DNA of 64,000 bases from a virus, in IMG/VR virus record IMGVR_UViG_3300046387_001332. One strand, given 5' to 3'. The position numbers and the translations under genes are program-made. Position 1 is the stretch's first letter; every line of letters begins with the position of its first letter. Under the pieces are notes generated by a model that had not been told where the DNA came from, did no database searches, and saw only the letters and a list, made by a program, of their open reading frames with translations. Below, in pieces: positions 1 through 9,842 of the stretch.

Positions 1-1475
1 TGTACGTGTTGTCTTCTTTTATAGAACACATACTTGGCATCATCACCTGCGTTACCATATTCCTTCATTTTATTCTTAAACTCAACACGTTGATTAAACC
101 ATTGATCAAGAATCGCAGGAATAAGTCCGACCTTTTCTTTTGTGTACATTACACCATTGCTACTAATAGCAAGATTGTTTTCCTTCAAAAATGTTTTGAA
201 TTCGTCTGCTGAATAATTGTCACCACGAAATCCAACCTCAGTTTGCTTGCCATCACAGAAATCTTCAGGACTCCAATTATCAACAACACCCACTTTAGTT
301 TCAGGTGATATATTTGTTGACATAATGATAGAAGGATACAGAGACGTCAAATCTAAGTCAAACACCCACTTGTATTTACCGGGTGTCGGTGCGGCCACAT
401 ATGCACCACTAAACTTCTTTGATTCATCACCTTTGATTTCATTGAATCGTTCACGACCTTCTGGGTCTTTGTTTGGTGCAACTAAGTTATGTCTGCGAAG
501 ATACGTAAGCAACGCACCTTCAAGATAACGAGACGAAAACAAAATGTCTTCATATGGAACGTGACCCACATGACAAATACTACGAGTTAACTCAATGAGT
601 TCCATCTTTTTGTCAATCTCCACAACAATCTTTACGTCATTCAAATTGTATTCAATAAACTTCTCAATGTCTGAAGAAAACAAATCATCAAGATTACCTT
701 CGTATTCAATTTTTCCGATGCCGACTTCTTTACGACCAATGGCATCTAACCGATATGTTGGTTCAACCGAGTATGTAAAGTTTTTGTACAACACAAGATA
801 ATCCAAGCAACTGACACCCGCAATCACGATGCGTTTCTTGAATGGATGAAAGTATGCGTGGCCAATCGGACTCAAACGATTTGCTTCTTCTTGTCCTAGT
901 ACTCTTGCGAGTCTGCGATACAAATAAGGAACATCAAATCCATCAATGTTCCAACCTGTTAATATTGTCGGACTAATCTCTTGATAGAAATCAAGAAAAT
1001 GAGAAAGTAATGCTCGTTCATTGTCATAAGAATAAACTGATACTTCATCGTTGGAGTAATCGGTGATTTTATTCTCTTTATCAAGAATCAACACCACATA
1101 ATTATTGGTGCAACTATCGTGCCACGCAATAGCAGTAACAGGATTGTTTGCTTTTTCTGTATCAGGTAAATCACCTTCCATACTTACCTCAATATCAAAG
1201 TTCATTACGCAATGACCGGTGCTTGGTTCATCATCGTCTTCGTACAAATCAATTAAATTACGAGTTTCAATCGGTACATCCGATTCAAACAAACCTGTAT
1301 CTTCATACCGATATCGTGTTACCTTTTCTAACTTGTCACCATACATACTGCGATACATTCCGTTCGGAGACTTTTTGTATGCGTATGGTTTATTCTTGAA
1401 TGTTACGAGACCTTTTTTATCGTCCCACAGATAGACCGTGTGATCTTTTTTATTTACGAATATGTTTTGATACAT
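1..1475 (-). CDS. Family B DNA polymerase (C-terminal part runs off the window start)
   Basis: Manual translation from ATG at 1475 (MYQNIFVNKKDH...) is open to the window edge. It contains ExoI FDIEV, ExoII GWNIDGFDVPY, ExoIII YNLNDV, GAYV and polymerase motif A DLTSLYPSII. Absent from the ORF track because there is no stop in the window. Confidence 0.95.
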   Translation of the reverse strand, partial: MYQNIFVNKKDHTVYLWDDKKGLVTFKNKPYAYKKSPNGMYRSMYGDKLEKVTRYRYEDTGLFESDVPIETRNLIDLYEDDDEPSTGHCVMNFDIEVSMEGDLPDTEKANNPVTAIAWHDSCTNNYVVLILDKENKITDYSNDEVSVYSYDNERALLSHFLDFYQEISPTILTGWNIDGFDVPYLYRRLARVLGQEEANRLSPIGHAYFHPFKKRIVIAGVSCLDYLVLYKNFTYSVEPTYRLDAIGRKEVGIGKIEYEGNLDDLFSSDIEKFIEYNLNDVKIVVEIDKKMELIELTRSICHVGHVPYEDILFSSRYLEGALLTYLRRHNLVAPNKDPEGRERFNEIKGDESKKFSGAYVAAPTPGKYKWVFDLDLTSLYPSIIMSTNISPETKVGVVDNWSPEDFCDGKQTEVGFRGDNYSADEFKTFLKENNLAISSNGVMYTKEKVGLIPAILDQWFNQRVEFKNKMKEYGNAGDDAKYVFYKRRQHV

Positions 1476-1483
1476 TGAATACT

Positions 1484-1512
1484 ATAGTATCTTGTTTTAT
1501 ATAAAAAGTCAA
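1484..1512 (-). promoter_or_regulatory. sigma70-type promoter (TTGACT-N17-TACTAT) upstream of DNA polymerase
   Basis: Near-consensus -35/-10 boxes with 17-nt spacer; the -10 ends 8 nt before the ATG. Confidence 0.55.
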
Positions 1513-2036
1513 GCACCTGTGCTTCCGAATCCACCTTTTCCACGATCAGTCTCTGATAACTCTTCTACGACTTCAAATTCAACTTTGTGAGTTTCTGCAA
1601 TCACAAGTTGTGCAATACGTTCACCCTTTGTGTAAATTTTGTCCATATTAACTTCTGTGAGCAATGGAATGGTTGCTTGGTGTCCTTGAATACGTGCATA
1701 CATATCTTCTGGTTGTGTAATATATTTAAAACGCACAAGCAACTCTCCACGATAACCACAATCAATCAACCCAACTGAATTTGCAAGCATAAGATTTTTG
1801 TTGCTGATACTACTTCTTGGAAAAATATTAGTATGATAAACTTTATCGTCAACACACGGTTCGATATATAAATCTGTGTGATACTGAATATAATCTATTC
1901 GTGACCATGCTTTTGCTTCTTCATCATATTCACCCGAAATTGCTGGATGTGATGATGCAACTAAATCATATCCTACATCGTATTGCGTTAAATTTTTTGG
2001 TACAATGGTTCCAGTATTTTTTATCTTAATTTTCAT
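1509..2036 (-). CDS. dut: Trimeric dUTPase
   Basis: Motifs GYDL, PRSS, GLIDCGYRGE, ERIAQL and C-terminal RGKGGFGSTG. Confidence 0.95.
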   Translation of the reverse strand: MKIKIKNTGTIVPKNLTQYDVGYDLVASSHPAISGEYDEEAKAWSRIDYIQYHTDLYIEPCVDDKVYHTNIFPRSSISNKNLMLANSVGLIDCGYRGELLVRFKYITQPEDMYARIQGHQATIPLLTEVNMDKIYTKGERIAQLVIAETHKVEFEVVEELSETDRGKGGFGSTGA

Positions 2037-2502
2037 TTAGATATAATACTGCATCTTCAAAGGTGTTGACAACCTTAATATTATTTTCTGTTGCTTCGTG
2101 TTCAAGCATCCCTCTCCAAAATTTAATTGTTCCCCACATATGATTTTGATTTATTTCCAACAAATTTTGCTTATGTCGTTCTTCATCAATAGTTACAAGT
2201 ACATTAGGTTTGATAGGCCATTCCCAAAAACTTCTTGCACTCCACACTTCGGGTATACTTAAAATTATATCATTTTCATTTGTATAATTCTCAAGAACTT
2301 TCCAAGAATCACGTGAAAACTGAACTGCAACATCGTGTTCATCAATTAAAGGTGAAGAATATATTTTGTCGGAAAACTCTTTTTTGTCAAAGTGAGACGG
2401 CCATCCAATTGCTTCTCCTATTATTTTATCACAATCTACAAAGTTAAGTAATTTGCTATGATATGTTTTTCCCGAATGTCTAACTGCTGATAATATTTTC
2501 AT
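2026..2502 (-). CDS. Hypothetical P-loop kinase-like protein
   Basis: N-terminal Walker A-like AVRHSGKT followed by DCD, as in NMP/shikimate kinase-like proteins. Confidence 0.4.
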   Translation of the reverse strand: MKILSAVRHSGKTYHSKLLNFVDCDKIIGEAIGWPSHFDKKEFSDKIYSSPLIDEHDVAVQFSRDSWKVLENYTNENDIILSIPEVWSARSFWEWPIKPNVLVTIDEERHKQNLLEINQNHMWGTIKFWRGMLEHEATENNIKVVNTFEDAVLYLNEN

Positions 2503-2839
2503 CTGAATAATATTTGTTTATTAATTTTACGATAACATCTCCGTGACAAGGTTTGGGTTTACACCAACATCCTAATCGTTTTCCTTTTAATCCTTTAAGT
2601 GCTTCTAATAGTTTAGGAGACGATTCTAGATATTCTTCGTAACTTTGTATTGCTTCTGATTTGCTTCCAACGAAATACTTGGCAAGAGTTCCTTTTTTTG
2701 AAGAATAAGGATTACCCCACAAAGAAGGCCTTCCAATATAAACATCATATTCGGACTTTTTGCAATGTACTATTTGCGTTGTATTTGTTGTTGTTTCTAA
2801 GTTAGAATAAAATGATAAATTAACTGCTTTTTTTGTCAT
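2480..2839 (-). CDS. DUF4326-family protein
   Basis: YDVYIGRPSLWGNPY and LKGKRLGCWCKPKPCHGDVI motifs. Confidence 0.8.
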   Translation of the reverse strand: MTKKAVNLSFYSNLETTTNTTQIVHCKKSEYDVYIGRPSLWGNPYSSKKGTLAKYFVGSKSEAIQSYEEYLESSPKLLEALKGLKGKRLGCWCKPKPCHGDVIVKLINKYYSDENIISS

Positions 2840-3161
2840 CCAAATCTATGTCAGTATCTTTATCAAAATTTTCTACATCGGTGAACAATTCTTTTACAAA
2901 ATCAAACTCTAATTGCTGATTTTGGAATTCTGGTTGATTTACATCTGCGTAACTTGTGTTTGTTGGATTATTATTTTCATCAACAAATTCAAGGTGTCCG
3001 TCAAAATGAAATCCCGCACCTCTTAAAAACAACTCAAATGCATTTAATACTTCTCCGAGAGTTTCATCTGCGGTTGTGTGTCTTGTTCTTGAAACAAGAT
3101 TATCGTCAGAATCTCTCCAAGTATAATCAAATGTAAATTTTGCTGTATTATCGTATTTCAT
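2820..3161 (-). CDS. Hypothetical protein
   Basis: 113-aa ORF in gene-dense run, preceded by ATATTTAT motif; FELFLRGAGFHF segment resembles small phage hypotheticals. Confidence 0.65.
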   Translation of the reverse strand: MKYDNTAKFTFDYTWRDSDDNLVSRTRHTTADETLGEVLNAFELFLRGAGFHFDGHLEFVDENNNPTNTSYADVNQPEFQNQQLEFDFVKELFTDVENFDKDTDIDLDDKKSS

Positions 3162-3203
3162 ATATACATAAATATATACACAATAATAACAAACGTAAAG
3201 TCT

Positions 3204-3413
3204 TTATTTTTCAGTCTTCGTCTGAAGTGTGGATGCTTTTATTATTAGTTGCAAATATAATTGCAAAAATGCTACACCTAACCAATTCCATAATGTATAT
3301 TCTATGTTCAATTGAAAGACAGCATTCACCGACCAAATAAATCCAAGTGGTAAAATAATTAAACCAAGAATACCCACAAGAAATGTTGCTAATTTAGTTG
3401 TATCAACTTCCAT
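3204..3413 (-). CDS. Small membrane protein
   Basis: Two hydrophobic segments; overlaps upstream ORF. Confidence 0.6.
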   Translation of the reverse strand: MEVDTTKLATFLVGILGLIILPLGFIWSVNAVFQLNIEYTLWNWLGVAFLQLYLQLIIKASTLQTKTEK

Positions 3414-3705
3414 TTTTTTTTCTTATTTCACAAATTTTTTCATGCAATAATTTTAAATCATCGTATGTCATTCCAAATATTGCTTCCACTCCTTCAACCA
3501 TTTTATTAAATGGTAACTGAGTTCCGACTTCGTCAGGATCACCCTCGGATTCTGTTATTTTATATTTAAGGTCAAGTGTATCATCCTGAACTTCTTCAAG
3601 TTTACACAATGTCATATGCTCGTACAATGCAACAAAGTCATCAACAGAGCAAGTTGTTAGAAAGTCAAGTGACTCTTGTTCAATTTTATTTTCTTTGGAA
3701 TCCAT
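3403..3705 (-). CDS. Hypothetical protein
   Basis: 100-aa acidic ORF in the same-strand run. Confidence 0.6.
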   Translation of the reverse strand: MDSKENKIEQESLDFLTTCSVDDFVALYEHMTLCKLEEVQDDTLDLKYKITESEGDPDEVGTQLPFNKMVEGVEAIFGMTYDDLKLLHEKICEIRKKNGS

Positions 3706-3759
3706 TTTTTTAAGTTAAGGTTATGTATTTATATAAATATATATTATATTGTTAGATTG

Positions 3760-4977
3760 TCAATTCTTTTTCCAAATCCAAATAGGTTCTGCAAAAGCAA
3801 CATCTTTCGTTTCTTCGGTAATTTCTTTGAGGTCTTCTGAGAAATATTCACTTTTGGCATTACCAGCACCACCTGAATTAAATCGTTTCGTCATTTCCAT
3901 TCCAATGCAACCAAGATATTCAAGTCTTTGGGATTTAATAAAGTCATTCATTGGATTTGTAATTTCAACATAATCGTTGATAGGAGCATTAAAAACATCT
4001 GCTATGTTTATTGCAAGAATACCATTCTTTTTTATTGTCGGAATTATTTTACCAAGTGTGGTGTGAAGAAATCTCTCGTTCCAATCATCTATCTTTTTAT
4101 ATCGCACCCACGATTGTGTATCATCTTCCGAATACTTTTCTGTATTAAAATATGGTGGACTTGTAAACACCGTATCAAAGTAATTTTCGTATTGCAAGTA
4201 ATCTACATCTTCAGCAGGACTTTCTATTAAGTCTGCTTTTCTGTTCTGTTCAAAAAAGGTAGAATACTTTTCGTAGAACTGAATTTGCTTTTGGTAATTA
4301 GGATGATTAAGTGTATTGGGATCAATGCCAACATAATGCTCTGTGGTTTCACCTGTGTAAAATCCTGCTAATCTATCACCCCACCCTGCACTAAAATCTA
4401 ATACTTTTTTGCTTTGAAAGTGATCGTAAAATGCTTTTGCTACTGCCGGTTTGAATTGTGATGCGACATACTTACGAAGAGTTGTAGCAACACGTAGAGT
4501 ATTAACATCAACTTGGTTAAGAACTTTATCAAGTGTCCAATAAGCACGAACGATTGTTTTAATTCCTTTAACCGTTTGCCAAGTTTTCCAACCACTTGGT
4601 GTTCTTGTCCAATCGACTTTCCAACGAGTTTCTACATGAAATGGATTAGAAGCATTGTTACCAGAATTGTTTCTTTTCAATAGAAACTGAGAGCCTTTAT
4701 AGTTTAAATGGTAATTACTTTTTCTTTCGTTACGAGGAAACCACTTTTTTTCTACAAGCACATCGTTGTGCTTTATTCCTTTTAACTTGTTTAAACTATC
4801 AAAAGTTTGTCTGTCTGTAATTTCAGGTAACGGAGCAGGATATGTGTGCAATACCTTTGCAAGTTCTTCTACAACATCTTCTTTTTCATACGTTTGCATG
4901 ATGTCTTTCCATTCTTCCTCTTCAATGAGGAGATATGGTTTCATGTTGTAGAACTTTTTAAAGTAGTTTTCTAACAT
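3760..4977 (-). CDS. Amino-group (N4-C/N6-A type) DNA methyltransferase
   Basis: SAM-binding LDFSAGWGDR followed by catalytic FTSPPYFN and EPIWIW. Confidence 0.8.
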   Translation of the reverse strand: MLENYFKKFYNMKPYLLIEEEEWKDIMQTYEKEDVVEELAKVLHTYPAPLPEITDRQTFDSLNKLKGIKHNDVLVEKKWFPRNERKSNYHLNYKGSQFLLKRNNSGNNASNPFHVETRWKVDWTRTPSGWKTWQTVKGIKTIVRAYWTLDKVLNQVDVNTLRVATTLRKYVASQFKPAVAKAFYDHFQSKKVLDFSAGWGDRLAGFYTGETTEHYVGIDPNTLNHPNYQKQIQFYEKYSTFFEQNRKADLIESPAEDVDYLQYENYFDTVFTSPPYFNTEKYSEDDTQSWVRYKKIDDWNERFLHTTLGKIIPTIKKNGILAINIADVFNAPINDYVEITNPMNDFIKSQRLEYLGCIGMEMTKRFNSGGAGNAKSEYFSEDLKEITEETKDVAFAEPIWIWKKN

Positions 4978-5741
4978 CAGAAGATATCAGACTCGTCCAA
5001 TTCAGATTCATGCGGTGTAGAAGGATCAATATTTTCTTCCTTAACCGGTTGTTCTTCATAATTCAACACAGTTTCGGCACTTGACTTACCTTCTTGCTTT
5101 GCTTGTTGCTTTTTAAGTTTATGTTGCTGAAGATGATATGAAATTTCATCGTCATACATTTGCTTTCCGTCTGTACCTAATGTAGTTGCTTCTCCGTTAG
5201 CAGCCCGTAAAACTGCGATTTGAGAAACTGCGTCTTCTAACTTAGCACGTTTTTCAGTTACTGGATTATTATCTTCGTATCGTACTCTATCAGTTGAAAT
5301 ATTTGTTTCGGTTTTTTCTTGTTTCTTTTTGACTTGAGTTTTTTCGGTGACTATTTCAATATTCTCTGCTTTAGATAATTCTTCTTCAATGGAAGTTTTG
5401 TTATTTTGGGGTTTTTCAAGCAAAGAATTTATTTGCTCTTCCGAAACTTCTTTGCTGGGTGCAGTAGTAGGACTTGATTTTACGATGTCATCTGAAGTAA
5501 TATTAATAGTATCAAATGAATCATCAGGTTTTTTTTCAGTTCTAACTTTAGATAATTGTTTTTGGAACACAGAAAGTAATCCACCTTTTAATGATTCTGA
5601 CATTTTAGATTCATACTTCTCTTTCTCTTCCACAGGTTGAGATTGCTTTTGGTGTGCTTCTTCGGGAGAAATATTTTTATTTTGCTGAGAATCTGTGGCT
5701 GCTTTTTTCTCAAAATTTGAATCTAAGTTTTGGAAAGTCAT
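4977..5741 (-). CDS. Hypothetical charged low-complexity protein
   Basis: 254-aa E/K/Q/S-rich ORF; ATATTTAT motif just upstream. Confidence 0.65.
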   Translation of the reverse strand: MTFQNLDSNFEKKAATDSQQNKNISPEEAHQKQSQPVEEKEKYESKMSESLKGGLLSVFQKQLSKVRTEKKPDDSFDTINITSDDIVKSSPTTAPSKEVSEEQINSLLEKPQNNKTSIEEELSKAENIEIVTEKTQVKKKQEKTETNISTDRVRYEDNNPVTEKRAKLEDAVSQIAVLRAANGEATTLGTDGKQMYDDEISYHLQQHKLKKQQAKQEGKSSAETVLNYEEQPVKEENIDPSTPHESELDESDIF

Positions 5742-5756
5742 TTATATAAATATATA

Positions 5757-6011
5757 TTAATTAACTTTTTCAAACAACAAAGTTGGTCTACCAATTTCAC
5801 CCTCAATCTTACCAGCAGGTTGAATTGTACCAGATTCAAGTGCTTTTTTGACACGGAATCGTAGGGTAATGGGAACGGCAGATGGATGTGCTTGTTCTAA
5901 ATCAGAGATACTAAATTTACCAGTTGGCCAATTTACCACAAGTTTTTTCTTCTTAGTTGATACAGAAGTTTCAACACTTATTTCTTTTTTAATATCATTT
6001 TCTGTTGTCAT
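5757..6011 (-). CDS. Small winged-helix-like protein
   Basis: Helix-helix-beta hairpin pattern ending GEIGRPTLLFEK (GRP wing motif). Confidence 0.45.
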   Translation of the reverse strand: MTTENDIKKEISVETSVSTKKKKLVVNWPTGKFSISDLEQAHPSAVPITLRFRVKKALESGTIQPAGKIEGEIGRPTLLFEKVN

Positions 6012-6028
6012 TTTATGCTCCTATTCTA

Positions 6029-6214
6029 TTATGATTTAGATTCAGCAACTGATGCTTTTCTGTATTCCGTTGCAAGTTTTTTAATTTCACCAATTGCTTT
6101 TCTTGCACGGGTACCAGATACTTTGGTTCCAGACTCTGCGTTTTTTTCATGGTTTTCCTCAAAGTCATTAAAAAGTGACTTGATTTCTTCATATAGTTCT
6201 TTTGATGTTTTCAT
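6029..6214 (-). CDS. Histone H1-like (Hc1-type) nucleoid protein
   Basis: GTKVSGTRARKAIGEIKKLATEYRKASV matches the bacterial histone H1-like/Hc1 N-terminal consensus. Confidence 0.75.
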   Translation of the reverse strand: MKTSKELYEEIKSLFNDFEENHEKNAESGTKVSGTRARKAIGEIKKLATEYRKASVAESKS

Positions 6215-6271
6215 AAGTTTTTATAGGGTTTAATATTATTATTATAGATTATTTTTAGTTTAGCAAGTATT

Positions 6272-6688
6272 TTATGCAAAAAATATTATAAACTGCTCTG
6301 CGTCAGATGTTACTGACATATGTCTGAATGCCCATCTGTTTTCTTTCATGTTATTAACAAACTGAGCATATGCTTCGGGAGTTTTTTCAATTGTGAAATA
6401 CTGACCCGCAACATTCTTTACTTGCAGTCTTTGAATTATTTCTTTTAGATTTATTTCATTAGGATGTTTCTCCAAAAAAGAATTATTAAGTTGTTCTACT
6501 TTTTCTGGATTTGCTTTGTAGTGATCAATTAATTTTGATTTACAACTGCATTCCGGATCAACTGAATAACTTAATGCGTGTTCTTCGTTCTCTGGAAAAG
6601 TCTTGATATATTCCTCTTGATAACTAAAAGAAGTTCTTAGTAACTCTAGCATTATGCCTAAGTTAATGTGATTATCATTTGAATTCAT
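6272..6688 (-). CDS. Hypothetical protein
   Basis: 138-aa ORF with CxC; upstream TTGACG-N17-TAATAT. Confidence 0.6.
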   Translation of the reverse strand: MNSNDNHINLGIMLELLRTSFSYQEEYIKTFPENEEHALSYSVDPECSCKSKLIDHYKANPEKVEQLNNSFLEKHPNEINLKEIIQRLQVKNVAGQYFTIEKTPEAYAQFVNNMKENRWAFRHMSVTSDAEQFIIFFA

Positions 6689-6774
6689 AAATATTATATT
6701 ATATCAAATGGAACAATCCGTCAACCTAAATTTATGTATTGTATTTTTTAACCGATAATGATATTATTTCCACA

Positions 6775-7383
6775 ATGTATGAATATGTAAGCAGTTCTGA
6801 TAATCTAGTTCTTTTACTGACCCACTATTGGACCCCGTTAAACGTAACATCTGTGAAGGAAGGTCTAAAAAAATTAATGGGTGCAAAAGAACGATATCAC
6901 AAAACCCGTCCAAAAGTTGTTGCAGTTGCAAGTGACGGAAATACGTGCGACTGGAATACATGGATGGAATATAAACATGGATTCTACAAAAACCAACCTT
7001 TTATTAGATCAGTTAATCATGTTATTCCAGTTCCAACTATTCTTCTTACAACGGCAAATTTTACTTACAATGCAAAAAGAAAACCATCACTTAAATATCT
7101 TTACAAAAAATACGAAGGACGATGTCAAATATGTGGTGAACATTTTCCTCAAAACAAATTGACAATAGAGCACATTAAACCAAAAAGCAAAGGTGGAGAT
7201 AACGACTATTTCAATTTAACTCTCACCTGCGTTAAGTGTAATTCAAGAAAAGGAAGTATATTTCCATACTACGATTACAAGGGGGATATTCTAAAAGCAA
7301 GTCCACCTAAACCGTTTTATGAAGTTGGAAGTGTAGTTCGTGAAGAGTGGAAACCATTTCTTTTTAAAAATTCTTCTTTTTAG
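6775..7383 (+). CDS. HNH endonuclease
   Basis: CQICG...TIEHIKPKSKGG...NLTLTCVKCNSRKG zinc-binding HNH motif; ATG at 6775 preferred to upstream TTG 6739. Confidence 0.9.
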   Translation: MYEYVSSSDNLVLLLTHYWTPLNVTSVKEGLKKLMGAKERYHKTRPKVVAVASDGNTCDWNTWMEYKHGFYKNQPFIRSVNHVIPVPTILLTTANFTYNAKRKPSLKYLYKKYEGRCQICGEHFPQNKLTIEHIKPKSKGGDNDYFNLTLTCVKCNSRKGSIFPYYDYKGDILKASPPKPFYEVGSVVREEWKPFLFKNSSF

Positions 7384-7386
7384 TAT

Positions 7387-7415
7387 TTGACATTTATTAT
7401 AATTTTTAATATACT
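7387..7415 (+). promoter_or_regulatory. sigma70-type promoter (TTGACA-N17-TATACT) for the tRNA cluster
   Basis: Consensus -35, near-consensus -10, 17-nt spacer, about 100 nt upstream of the first tRNA. Confidence 0.7.
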
Positions 7416-7514
7416 ACAGATCATAGTTTTTACTTCCTATGTAGGAAACATAGGCATAACGTCCAATAAGGGGTGTCCAAACCGTACAACGAGAGGGGCA
7501 AATGTTTCTTTTAT

Positions 7515-7589
7515 GCATCGGTGGCGGAATGGTGACGCAAGGGACTGCAAATCCCTACCATGCAGGTTCGAATCCTGTCCGATGCTCCA
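7515..7589 (+). tRNA. tRNA-Cys(GCA)
   Basis: Acceptor GCATCGG/CCGATGC, anticodon arm AGGGA-CTGCAAA-TCCCT, T loop TTCGAAT, encoded CCA. Confidence 0.93.
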
Positions 7590-7602
7590 TAATCACTTTA
7601 TT

Positions 7603-7678
7603 GCCACCTTAGCTCAGCTGGTAGAGCACCTGATTTGTAATCAGGTTGTCGTCGGTTCGATCCCGACAGGTGGCTCCA
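7603..7678 (+). tRNA. tRNA-Thr(TGT)
   Basis: Acceptor GCCACCT/AGGTGGC, anticodon arm CCTGA-TTTGTAA-TCAGG, TTCGA, CCA. Confidence 0.95.
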
Positions 7679-7683
7679 TTTTT

Positions 7684-7760
7684 GTCCACATCGTCTAGTC
7701 AGGTCAGGACACCGGGTTTTCATCCCGGCAACCGGAGTTCGAATCTCCGTGTGGATGCCA
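7684..7760 (+). tRNA. tRNA-Glu(TTC)
   Basis: Anticodon arm CCGGG-TTTTCAT-CCCGG, T arm CGGAG-TTCGAAT-CTCCG, CCA. Confidence 0.93.
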
Positions 7761-7767
7761 TTTTAAA

Positions 7768-7858
7768 GGAGAGATGGCTGAGTGGTTTAAGGCGACGGTT
7801 TGCTAAACCGTTGAAGGAGTATATCCTTCCGCAGGTTCGAATCCTGTTCTCTCCGCCA
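7768..7858 (+). tRNA. tRNA-Ser(GCT)
   Basis: Acceptor GGAGAGA/TCTCTCC, anticodon arm ACGGT-TTGCTAA-ACCGT, long variable arm, CCA. Confidence 0.95.
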
Positions 7859-7905
7859 TTTTTTTTATATAAGTATATATGTATATAAATACATTGTAAT
7901 ACATT

Positions 7906-7981
<76 letters not shown>

Positions 7982-7998
7982 ATTTTAGGAAAATTAAA

Positions 7999-8184
7999 AT
8001 GAAAGTAGAAATAGATAAAGAAACAAACGAAGTAATAATTCGTTTGCCGATAGAAAAAGAACCAAAAGATTCTGCAAGTGGGAAAACAAAAATCATTGCT
8101 AGTTCAAGTGGAAGAAACATTACAACCGAAACATACAACGAAAAGCAGTTGATGGTAACTGCTAGTGTTTATTATAAACCATAA
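7999..8184 (+). CDS. Small hypothetical protein
   Basis: MKVEIDK...SASGKTKIIASS..., ATG after AGGA; the ORF-track start at 7921 lies inside tRNA-Ala. Confidence 0.65.
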   Translation: MKVEIDKETNEVIIRLPIEKEPKDSASGKTKIIASSSGRNITTETYNEKQLMVTASVYYKP

Positions 8185-8215
8185 CTTTTTTGTTATAGAT
8201 ATATATTTATTGTCT

Positions 8216-9139
8216 ATGAAGTCCGAAAATATTGTTTGTGAGGAGTGGAAAGGGTATCGTCCTAATATGCCTGTTCAAGTTGTTGGTGTACAAAACGGAA
8301 AGATTACATCCAACGGTAATGGGGTTGAAATATTTAAGAACCTAAAAGACGCACAGAAGAAGTATTCAGACCTTGATCCTGAAGAGAATACCAAACGATT
8401 TACTTGGGTAATGCGTGGTGAGATCAAAGGCAGAGACGCAGGAAGATTTGAAACTTGGCAAGCAGAAAGAATGTATTCAATGGAAGAACAAGTATTTCAA
8501 GATATAATGAAAGAAGCAAAATTTAATGCTCGTATTCTTCCTGCTAATCTAGAAGACCTTGAAATGAAAACTTTGATTGTTGCAATCGGAAGCACCGTTA
8601 CAGGAATGTTGGACAAAATTAAAAAGAATACAGGTTCTAATGCTAATCCAGTTAGTTTACAAGTTATTAAGGGTGGAGATGCTATAAAGTCTGCACTTAA
8701 AAGTCAAATGGATTTAAAAGGCAAAGAAGCACTTGTAGCGTTTTTCAAAGAAACAAACAAACATTTTGCAGGTAACGCACCTGCATTATCTAGTATAGTA
8801 AGGAAATATAAATTGAAATCTGATAAATATAGTGGTAAGGTATTTGCAGAACAAGAAACAAAATTACGTGAACTTGTTCGTGGTTATTTAAAAAATAAAC
8901 TGAATATGAACGAAGCAAAAAAAAGCAAAATGATTCCTATGGAAAAGTATGGGGCTGCGTTCATGGTTGATAACGGACATCTTATGTCGGTTGCTATGAA
9001 CCGTGATGGTAGTCTTGAAACGTTTGATGGTGATTTGGACTGGGGTGAAGTAACTGCTCCTGAATCTCAGAAGTTTCTTGATGACATCAATAAAAAGTTC
9101 AAGACGAAGTTTAAGATGGATGACTTCGCAGGAAGATAA
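8216..9139 (+). CDS. Hypothetical protein (possibly virion-associated)
   Basis: ATG 5 nt after ATATTTAT; about 307 aa with a mosaic appearance. Confidence 0.65.
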   Translation: MKSENIVCEEWKGYRPNMPVQVVGVQNGKITSNGNGVEIFKNLKDAQKKYSDLDPEENTKRFTWVMRGEIKGRDAGRFETWQAERMYSMEEQVFQDIMKEAKFNARILPANLEDLEMKTLIVAIGSTVTGMLDKIKKNTGSNANPVSLQVIKGGDAIKSALKSQMDLKGKEALVAFFKETNKHFAGNAPALSSIVRKYKLKSDKYSGKVFAEQETKLRELVRGYLKNKLNMNEAKKSKMIPMEKYGAAFMVDNGHLMSVAMNRDGSLETFDGDLDWGEVTAPESQKFLDDINKKFKTKFKMDDFAGR

Positions 9140-9468
9140 TGTTTAAACTAGGTGAATCTAATATTCACGGACACGGTTTAATTGCTACCGAGAATATAAA
9201 AGCAAATACTGATGTTGGTTTGAGTCACTCCGGAATTGGTTTAATAAATGAACGAGTGGTTGTTGGTGAAGCAACTGATATTGGTAACTTTCAAAATCAT
9301 AGCAATACAAATAATTGCGTTAATAAGATTGTCGGCAAAGATTTGCATATGTTTACTATCAACGATGTTAAATGTGGAGATGAACTTACAATTAACTTCT
9401 ACGAAAATACAGACATTTGCATCAACATAGAAAACTCAGAAAGTTGGAAGAAAAGTCAGTTTTTATAA
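9139..9468 (+). CDS. Minimal SET-domain protein (lysine methyltransferase-like)
   Basis: SNIHGHGLIAT, NFQNHS and DVKCGDELTINFY correspond to SET motifs I, III and IV. Confidence 0.85.
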   Translation: MFKLGESNIHGHGLIATENIKANTDVGLSHSGIGLINERVVVGEATDIGNFQNHSNTNNCVNKIVGKDLHMFTINDVKCGDELTINFYENTDICINIENSESWKKSQFL

Positions 9469-9482
9469 TATTTATAGATGTT

Positions 9483-9809
9483 ATGGGAAATCAAAAAGAA
9501 TACAAAGGAAAACCTTTTTCAAAGGAAGACAGAGAACAAGCATTGAAAGACATTGTTCCATCTAACATGGATGATAAAAGAACCGTGTGTAATGTAGTTC
9601 GTTTGATATTTGAAAATGCCCAAGACGAAGCATATAATCTTGGGGCAATTCGTGAATTGGCATTAGAAGCAATGTGGATGGGCAAACGAATGAATGATAA
9701 ATTGACTGAGTATCGTCAGAAGGAAATGTATGAAGAATACATCGACCAAAAAGATAGTCATCTAAATTCCAACTACGATATGTATCCTGCTCAGGGAAAT
9801 TGGGATTGA
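9483..9809 (+). CDS. Hypothetical protein
   Basis: ATG 7 nt after ATATTTAT; RTVCNVVRLI...MGKRMNDKLTEY helical protein. Confidence 0.65.
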   Translation: MGNQKEYKGKPFSKEDREQALKDIVPSNMDDKRTVCNVVRLIFENAQDEAYNLGAIRELALEAMWMGKRMNDKLTEYRQKEMYEEYIDQKDSHLNSNYDMYPAQGNWD

Positions 9810-9842
9810 TTTTGAGTTCTATCCGATATATATTGTATTAGG

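Noticed and set aside
6-1434. Short plus-strand ORFs at the window start
   Set aside because: Antisense to the DNA polymerase B reading frame.
1-1475. Intein or intron in the DNA polymerase
   Set aside because: Exonuclease and motif A regions are contiguous with normal spacing in the visible part.
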